DNA of 29,864 nucleotides from Candidatus Eiseniibacteriota bacterium (GTDB lineage Bacteria > ARS69): contig JBQTGV010000017.1 of assembly GCA_052390515.1 (NCBI GenBank), positions 1 through 29,864 of the forward strand. The letters run 5' to 3'. The translations under genes and the position numbers were made by a program. Of the stretch, positions 23,894 to 29,864 are shown piece by piece. The notes beneath the pieces are model-generated. The model had not been told where the DNA came from. It did no database searches and worked only from the letters and a program-made list of their open reading frames with translations. The number at the start of each line of letters is the position of its first letter. The stretch's first letter is position 1.

Positions 23894-25243
23894 TCAGCTC
23901 CCCGCGAAGAACCGCGGCGCCCGCCCCCCGTACCGTGATCGCAGCTTCGCCCACTCCTGAGGCGCCACGCGTACGCGCACGCGGATGCCGTCCTTCGACT
24001 GGCGCTCCTCCAGGATCTCCGCCACGGCGCGGAGCCGCGCGAGGATCTCGCCTTCGCCGGCCGGGAGTACACCGGCCTGCTCCACCCAGCCACGCCGGTG
24101 ATGCCGGCGGACTGCCTCGCCCAGCTCCTCGATTCCCGTGCCGTCGAGCGCGCTGGTGACGATCGTGTCCGGCTCTCGCGCGTGGCGCCGGCGCAGGCCG
24201 GCCAGCGTCTCCTCGTCCAGGCCGTCGCACTTGTTGAGCACCGCGATCTGCGGCACGTCCTTCGCCCCGATCTCGGCGAGCACCCGGTCCACGGCGGCGC
24301 GATGCGCGTCGGCCTGCGCCGAGGTCACGTCGATCACGTGCAGCAGGAGGTCCGCGGACGACGCCTCGGAGAGCGTCGCGCGGAAGGACTCGACCAGGCT
24401 GTGCGGGAGCCGCCGGATGAACCCGACGGTGTCGGTGAGCGTCGCGTGATAGCCCGGGCCGAGATCGAGGACGCGTGTCGTCGCGTCCAGCGTCTCGAAG
24501 AGACGGTCCCGCGCCTCGACGCCCGCGCCGGTGAAGCAGTTCATCAGGCTGCTCTTCCCCGTGTTGGTGTAGCCGACGAGGCAGACGCGGAAGAGTCCGG
24601 GGTGCAGTCGTCGCTGCACTTCGAGCCGTTCGCTCGTCTCCGTGAGCTTCCGGCGAAGGCGCGTGAGCCGTTCCCGGATGCGCCGGCGGTCCACCTCGAG
24701 CTGGCTCTCGCCCGGGCCGCGCGTGCCGATGCCGCCGCCGAGGCGGGAGAGGTGCTCCCAGAGGCGCGTCAGGCGCGGCAGCAGGTACTCGAGCTGCGCC
24801 ACTTCCACCTGCAGCTTGGCCTGCGGCGTGCGCGCGCGCGCCGCGAAGATGTCCAGGATCAGCTCGGTACGGTCCAGCACCTTGAGCTCGCTGATCTCCT
24901 CGAGATTGCGCGCCTGTGCCGGGGAGAGGTCGTGGTCGACCAGCACGAGGTTCGCGCCGAGCTTCGCCGCCTCTTCCTTCAGCTCGGCGGCCTTCCCCTT
25001 GCCGATGAACGTGCGCCCGTCGACGCGGGCCTTGCTCTGCAGCACCTTCAGCACGACGCGCGCGCCGCTCGCCCGGGCGAGCGCGGCGAGTTCGTCCAGG
25101 CTCTCCTCGCACTCGGCGCGCGTCATCGCCGGCAGGCGCAGACCGACGCAGATCGCCACCTCGGGACCGGCGCCCTGGCGCTTCTTTCCGCGGCGCTCGT
25201 GGCGGGCCGCGGCGTGCTCGGTGGAGCGGGTGCGCCGGCTCAG
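23894..25243 (-). CDS. hflX: GTPase HflX (ribosome-splitting factor)
   Basis: LSPAQARNLE, DRTELILDIFA, LQVEVAQLEY, GGIGTRGPGE, GYTNTGKSS, DTVG, NKCD, SAL. Start uncertain (CTG 25243 overlapping the rex stop, or GTG 25159). Confidence 0.95.
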   Translation of the reverse strand: MSRRTRSTEHAAARHERRGKKRQGAGPEVAICVGLRLPAMTRAECEESLDELAALARASGARVVLKVLQSKARVDGRTFIGKGKAAELKEEAAKLGANLVLVDHDLSPAQARNLEEISELKVLDRTELILDIFAARARTPQAKLQVEVAQLEYLLPRLTRLWEHLSRLGGGIGTRGPGESQLEVDRRRIRERLTRLRRKLTETSERLEVQRRLHPGLFRVCLVGYTNTGKSSLMNCFTGAGVEARDRLFETLDATTRVLDLGPGYHATLTDTVGFIRRLPHSLVESFRATLSEASSADLLLHVIDVTSAQADAHRAAVDRVLAEIGAKDVPQIAVLNKCDGLDEETLAGLRRRHAREPDTIVTSALDGTGIEELGEAVRRHHRRGWVEQAGVLPAGEGEILARLRAVAEILEERQSKDGIRVRVRVAPQEWAKLRSRYGGRAPRFFAGS

Positions 25244-25893
25244 CCTTCGCCCCCGTTCCGCGGCAGCTCCGAGGTGAGCGCGAAGGACAGGCCCTCCAGC
25301 TCGATCGCGAGGTTCACGTTGCGCACCGAGACGCCGTCGGGCACGTCCAGCGTCGTCGGGGCGAAGTTGAGGATGCCGCGCACACCGGCGGCGACGAGCT
25401 GCGCGGCGGCCTGCTGCGCGGCCGAAGCGGGCGTGGCGATCACCCCGATGGTCACGCCTTCGCGGCGCACGAACTCGCCGAGCTCGCCGACGGCCTGCAC
25501 GCGCGTCTCGCCGACGCGGGAACCGACGCGCGCGGGATCGCTGTCGAAGGCGCCGACGATGTCGAAACCCTGCGAGCGGAACTCGGGGTACGCGGCCAGC
25601 GCGGACCCCAGCCGCCCCGCACCGACGACGACCGTGCGCCAGGAGCGGTCCAGCCCCAGGATGCGGGAGAGGGCCAACTCCAGCGCGCGGACGTCGTACC
25701 CGCGGCCGCGCACGCCGAAGTTGCCGAACACGGACAGATCCTTCCGCACCTGCGCGGAGGTCAGCCCTCCGAGCTCCGCCAGGCGGTCGGAGGACACCGT
25801 GTCCGCGCCGACGGCGCGGATGTCCTTCAGGATCCGCAAGTAGAAGGACAGGCGCCGGACGGTGGAGTCCGAGACCTTCCGGGCGCTTGACAT
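25240..25893 (-). CDS. rex: redox-sensing transcriptional repressor Rex, 217 aa
   Basis: VRRLSFYLR, SAQVRKDLSVFGNFGVRGRGY, VVVGAGRLGSAL, ILNFAP. Alternative ATG at 25905. Confidence 0.95.
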   Translation of the reverse strand: MSSARKVSDSTVRRLSFYLRILKDIRAVGADTVSSDRLAELGGLTSAQVRKDLSVFGNFGVRGRGYDVRALELALSRILGLDRSWRTVVVGAGRLGSALAAYPEFRSQGFDIVGAFDSDPARVGSRVGETRVQAVGELGEFVRREGVTIGVIATPASAAQQAAAQLVAAGVRGILNFAPTTLDVPDGVSVRNVNLAIELEGLSFALTSELPRNGGEG

Positions 25894-25932
25894 GGAGTGG
25901 ATCATCCTCGAACGATGGTCGATCGACGGCGG

Positions 25933-25962
25933 ACGCTATCAAACCCCCGGAAGCGCTGTCAA
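25933..25962 (-). promoter_or_regulatory. sigma70 promoter of rex-hflX
   Basis: Minus strand TTGACA (25962-25957), 18 nt, TAGCGT (25938-25933) with an extended -10 TG. Confidence 0.7.
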
Positions 25963-26014
25963 CGCGGGGGCGTGCCGCCGTCCCGAGCGGGACGACGCCG
26001 GAGGTGGGCCGCGG

Positions 26015-27202
26015 ATGCGCGCAAAGAAGAGTCTCGGCGCGGTCCTCGCGGCGCTGGCGGCCTCGGCTTCCCTTCCGGGCGGCGCCGCCGCCCTCACGCG
26101 CCACGTCCCGGGCGAGTTCGCGACGATCGGGGAGGCCTTAGCCGCGGCGGACTCCGGCGACGTCATTCTGGTCGAGCCGGGAAGCTACGCGGAATCGATC
26201 GTGCTGGCCGAGGGCCGCGGGGACGGAGTGACCGTACAGTCGTCGGGCGGCGCGGAGGTCACCACGATCAGCTACCCCGAGGGCGAAAGGCCCGACCCGA
26301 ACGAGTCCGTCGTGACGTTCCAGCGCTGCTCGGACGCCACGCGCTTCGAGGGCTTCACCGTCGACGGCCGCGACGTCGCCCGGCGAGGCGTCCTGGTCAA
26401 CTCCAACGCGAAGCCGGTGCTCACGAACCTCGTCATCCGAGGCTGCGAGTACGGCGTCTCGTCGCACCGCGGTTCGAGGCCGATCGTGGAATCGGTGCGC
26501 GTGCTGGAATCCCGCACCGCGGGGCTGTTCGTGCAGGACGCGTCCGCGGAAGTTCGCGGCGCGGAGCTCACCGATGGCGCGAAGTTCGGCGTCTACGTGG
26601 ACGGCACGCAGGACACGCTCCGCCTGCGGGATCTCGCCGTGGCGCGCAACGCGGTGGGCCTGCAGGTCCTGGCCGGCGACGTCCTCGTCGACGGCGGAGC
26701 CTTCTCCGCCAACAGCCAAGCCGGGATGATCTTCCGGGGCGTGTCCCCGGAAGTGCGAGGCGCGGTCATCGAGAGCCAGCCTCAGGTCGGCATCGTGCTG
26801 GAGCGATGCGGCGGCGGCGTCTTCGCGTGCACGATCCGCGGGAACCGCTTCGGACTCGTCGCGGCCATCGACGGGGCGCCGGCCGTTCGCGGGTGCACGT
26901 TCCAGGACAACTCCGCGTACCACCTCGGGGCCGAGGGCGACGCCGCGCCGCTCGTCGGCGGGAGCCTGGAGGGGGCGACCCGCTTCCTGGGAACGCCGGG
27001 GACTGCGGCGATCCGTTCCTCCTCCTCCGCGGCCGTCGACGCGACGCACAACGACTGGGGCACGGCTTGCCCCGACGCGGCGTGGTTCCGCCGCGACGGC
27101 GCGGGGGAGCTCCTCACGTCGCCCTGGACCTACGGGGATCCGCCCGCGGTTGTGGCGACTTGTGAAGACGCCGGCGGGGAAGCGGCGACGACGCCCGAGT
27201 GA
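26015..27202 (+). CDS. secreted right-handed parallel beta-helix (pectin lyase-like/NosD) protein, 395 aa
   Basis: Signal peptide; VPGEFATIGEALAAADSGDVILVEPGSY cap; repeated beta-helix rungs; DATHNDWG; ATG at 26015 with GGAGGT. Confidence 0.85.
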   Translation: MRAKKSLGAVLAALAASASLPGGAAALTRHVPGEFATIGEALAAADSGDVILVEPGSYAESIVLAEGRGDGVTVQSSGGAEVTTISYPEGERPDPNESVVTFQRCSDATRFEGFTVDGRDVARRGVLVNSNAKPVLTNLVIRGCEYGVSSHRGSRPIVESVRVLESRTAGLFVQDASAEVRGAELTDGAKFGVYVDGTQDTLRLRDLAVARNAVGLQVLAGDVLVDGGAFSANSQAGMIFRGVSPEVRGAVIESQPQVGIVLERCGGGVFACTIRGNRFGLVAAIDGAPAVRGCTFQDNSAYHLGAEGDAAPLVGGSLEGATRFLGTPGTAAIRSSSSAAVDATHNDWGTACPDAAWFRRDGAGELLTSPWTYGDPPAVVATCEDAGGEAATTPE

Positions 27203-27257
27203 TCACCGCCGGACCTCGCGGAGCTGCCGCCCCCCAGACGGCGTGAGCCGCCGCCGC

Positions 27258-28130
27258 TCACGAGTCGAAGATGTAGACCTTCCAGCGGCCGTTGCGCTCC
27301 GCGAAGACCGTCGCCTCGTCGATCTCCACGAGGTCGCCCTCAGCGGTCGCCGCCTCGATCACCACGCCGTGGTACAGATTGAAGTTGCGGTACCGCGCGA
27401 CGCCCTCGCGGTAGCGGAGTCCCTGCAGGTGAAGCCGCCGCCCGCTGAGTCCGTCGAGCATCTCCAGGACGCCGTCGCGGCAGTGGCCGTTGTGGAAGAG
27501 CCACGCGTCCGCGGCCGTGGCGTTCGTGATCGGCCGGCTCTGCGGGAACTCCGGCCAGAAGAACCGCTCGAACTCCGCCCGGTCGATGCGAAGCTCCTCG
27601 AACATGTCGAGCGACTCCCGTTCGATCGCGTCGAGAAGAGCCTCCGCCAGCGCCTCCGGCGTGTCGAAGGAGCGCGCCAGCTCGCCTTCGATCACCGGGA
27701 CGAGCCGCCGGCCGCGCGTCACCGCGTCGGCCTCGGGATCATCGGGACGGAGCGATGGGTCCGCTTCGAACTGCGCCTCCAGCACCGACTCGCCGAGCGG
27801 CCGTCCGAGCCGCATCGTCGGGAGGCTCACGCGGGTCAGCAGCTCCGCGGGATGGAGATCCTCGCTGTCGGCCGGAAGAGCCATGGCGAGCGGCTCCGGT
27901 GGCGGCGGGGTCGGGCTCGGTGCCCGCGGGGTCGGGCTCGCTGCCTGCGGCGCCGGCTCCGCCGCAGTGGCCGCCGCTTCGAGTCCCGCCGATGCGACGG
28001 CCGACGCCGACGCCGGTAGCTCCGGCTCCGGCTCCCGGGTGCTCGCGTCGGCGCGCGGCTCCCCGCCGCCGCACGCGGCGAGGAGCGTCGACGCGGCGGC
28101 GAGAAGGACGCCCGCGGCCCTCGCCCTCAC
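27258..28130 (-). CDS. hypothetical lipoprotein with Pro/Ala-rich linker, 290 aa
   Basis: Lipobox LLAAC; PA-rich linker; globular C-terminal domain; GTG overlaps the TonB receptor stop (GTGA). Confidence 0.75.
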   Translation of the reverse strand: MRARAAGVLLAAASTLLAACGGGEPRADASTREPEPELPASASAVASAGLEAAATAAEPAPQAASPTPRAPSPTPPPPEPLAMALPADSEDLHPAELLTRVSLPTMRLGRPLGESVLEAQFEADPSLRPDDPEADAVTRGRRLVPVIEGELARSFDTPEALAEALLDAIERESLDMFEELRIDRAEFERFFWPEFPQSRPITNATAADAWLFHNGHCRDGVLEMLDGLSGRRLHLQGLRYREGVARYRNFNLYHGVVIEAATAEGDLVEIDEATVFAERNGRWKVYIFDS

Positions 28131-29864
28131 GAACCGTACCCGATGCTGAGGGAGAACGATCTGCCGGTCTCGGTCCGGTGCTGTGTGAAGGTCACTCCGC
28201 TCTCCAGCTCCTGCGTGTGCTTCTCGTCCTCGTCCAGCAGGTTCTCCGCGGAGGCCTTGAGGCGAACCGGGCCGAGCCGCCGCCCGACCGCGAGGTCGAC
28301 GGTCCGCCGAGGCTCCTCGTAGATGTCCGGCGTGGTGCGCAGCCCGACGGCGTGCAGGCGTCGGCCGAACACGTTGTACGTCATGGACGCCGACGTGACC
28401 GCGCCCTGCGTCTCGAAGAAGAGTCCCGCATTGAACACGTACGGCGGCTGTCCCTGGAGCGGCCGCTCCCTCGCGTCGAGGCCCGCGCCGGACTCGTCCT
28501 GGATCTTCGCCTCGGACTTCACCAGCGTGACGTTCGTGTTCAGGCCGAAGTTCCTCAGCCGATCGGTGAGCCGTCCGAGCCCGACGCGCGCTTCCGCCTC
28601 GGCCCCGTACAGGAACGCCTCGTCCGCGTTCACCGGCATCAGCGCGGGGTTGCCGGCGACCGACTGCAAGGACAGCTCGATCGGGTTCGTCAGATCCTTG
28701 TAGAAGCCGCTCAAGGCGAGGATCTCGCCCGCGCCGGGATACCACTCGGCACGGAGGTCGTAGTTGTCGAGCACGGTCCGGTCGAGGTCGGGGTTGCCGA
28801 TGAGAGCGAAGCCCGAGGCGAAGTCGGGCAGCGAGAAGGGCGTGAGCTCACGCACGTCCGGCCGGGCGAGCGTCCTGCTGTAGGCCCCGCGCAGATTGAC
28901 CTCGTCGGTGAGCGCGAAGGTGAGGTTCGCCGAGGGCAGCACGTCCCGGTCGTCGAGACTGGCCACGACCGGCGGCGCGTCGGGCAGGAAGGGATCCCTC
29001 GTGACCACCTCGAAGTCCGACGTCTCCACGCGCGCTCCGCCGACGAAGCGCAGCCTGCGCGTGAGCGGCGCGTCCACCATCGCGTACTCGGCGTGCAGGT
29101 CGTGGTGCGCGGCGTACTTGTCGGTGGCCTGGGTCAGCTCGTCGAGGACGAACTGATTGCGTCCCGCGCCGATGTTCTCGTCGACGAGGAGCTCCTCGGG
29201 GGATTGCGACAGGTCCGGCGGCGTGCTCCCGGTGTTGACGAAGGCGAATCGTCGCGTCGCCGAGCCTCGGTCCTTGTTCTTGTGCAGCGCCCCGAACTTG
29301 ACCTTCGCCTCGCGGCCGCCCCAGACCGCGACGGGGGTCTCGACGTCGAGCTGCAGGCCGCGGTCGTACTCGTCCATCGCCGTGAAGAGTCGCGTGAAGC
29401 CGAGGGACTTGGATCGGCGGGTGAGCTCCCAGCTCTCCACCGTCTCGCTCGTCACCGGGTCGGCTCGTTCGACGAGTTCGTAGAGGTACTCCCGGCGGTC
29501 CGGTTCGTTGCGCTCCGACCAGGAGTACGTGCCTCGCCAATCGATTCGTGTGTCCCCGAGGAAGCGCAGGTCGTGCGTCATCCCAGCGGAACCGACGAAG
29601 ACCCCGCGCTCCACGTACTGCAGCCGCGTCACTCGCGCATCGCGACCGGTATCGGTGTTCACGCCCTCGTACTGGCGGACCAGGTCCTCCATGCTGCGGT
29701 TGTACATGGCGCTGGCGTTCAGGGTGTGCTGGTCGTTCACGCGATAGCTCGTGTTCATCAGCCCCCCCCACAAGGTTGACGCCTCGGAGTCCTGGCCGGT
29801 GTAGTCGTATCGCGCTGACAGCGTGGAGTCGGACGTCTGCGCCTCGAAGAGGCGCTCTTCGAAG
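28127..29864 (-). CDS. TonB-dependent outer-membrane receptor, C-terminal barrel (5' end beyond the window)
   Basis: Frame open to the right edge; motifs LPSANLTFAL, LRGAYSRTLARPD, GNPDL, NYDLRAEWY, LQGQPPYVFN, AENLLD. Confidence 0.93.
   Translation of the reverse strand, partial: FEERLFEAQTSDSTLSARYDYTGQDSEASTLWGGLMNTSYRVNDQHTLNASAMYNRSMEDLVRQYEGVNTDTGRDARVTRLQYVERGVFVGSAGMTHDLRFLGDTRIDWRGTYSWSERNEPDRREYLYELVERADPVTSETVESWELTRRSKSLGFTRLFTAMDEYDRGLQLDVETPVAVWGGREAKVKFGALHKNKDRGSATRRFAFVNTGSTPPDLSQSPEELLVDENIGAGRNQFVLDELTQATDKYAAHHDLHAEYAMVDAPLTRRLRFVGGARVETSDFEVVTRDPFLPDAPPVVASLDDRDVLPSANLTFALTDEVNLRGAYSRTLARPDVRELTPFSLPDFASGFALIGNPDLDRTVLDNYDLRAEWYPGAGEILALSGFYKDLTNPIELSLQSVAGNPALMPVNADEAFLYGAEAEARVGLGRLTDRLRNFGLNTNVTLVKSEAKIQDESGAGLDARERPLQGQPPYVFNAGLFFETQGAVTSASMTYNVFGRRLHAVGLRTTPDIYEEPRRTVDLAVGRRLGPVRLKASAENLLDEDEKHTQELESGVTFTQHRTETGRSFSLSIGYGS

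Noticed and set aside
27905-27946. 21-bp tandem duplication
   Set aside because: Simply encodes the SPTP repeats of a low-complexity linker.

Overview
Very GC-rich bacterial chromosomal window (roughly 70% or more by eye). PorV-family, GNHD-type LpxH, Bacteroidetes-type sigma70 and TonB-receptor genes suggest an FCB-superphylum diderm such as Eisenbacteria/Latescibacterota/Krumholzibacteriota/Gemmatimonadota (inference). About 24 real CDSs: degQ/htrA-sigma70 operon, lpxH, porV-like, an FN3 lipoprotein plus DUF4384-like pair behind a sigma54 promoter, a 1105-aa DUF3604/PHP metallohydrolase divergent from a sulfatase-like protein, a HAMP sensor with no output domain, deacetylase plus carbamoyltransferase, the 7-gene MoxR/DUF58/SpoIIM/RDD cluster, a membrane Ser/Thr kinase, rex-hflX, a beta-helix protein, and a partial TonB receptor with a lipoprotein. 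I saw no rRNA, tRNA, CRISPR array or transposase. The most novel signals are non-coding. (1) A palindromic repeat family occurs twice (3450-3599 and 15529-15625) and carries CsrA/RsmA-consensus CANGGAYG hairpins; one copy sits at the moxR-DUF58 junction and is spanned by a 34-codon ORF overlapping both genes. (2) A candidate ~190-nt structured sRNA (4667-4860) has an ECF-type promoter and a terminator. All family assignments are from motif recognition by eye, not database searches.
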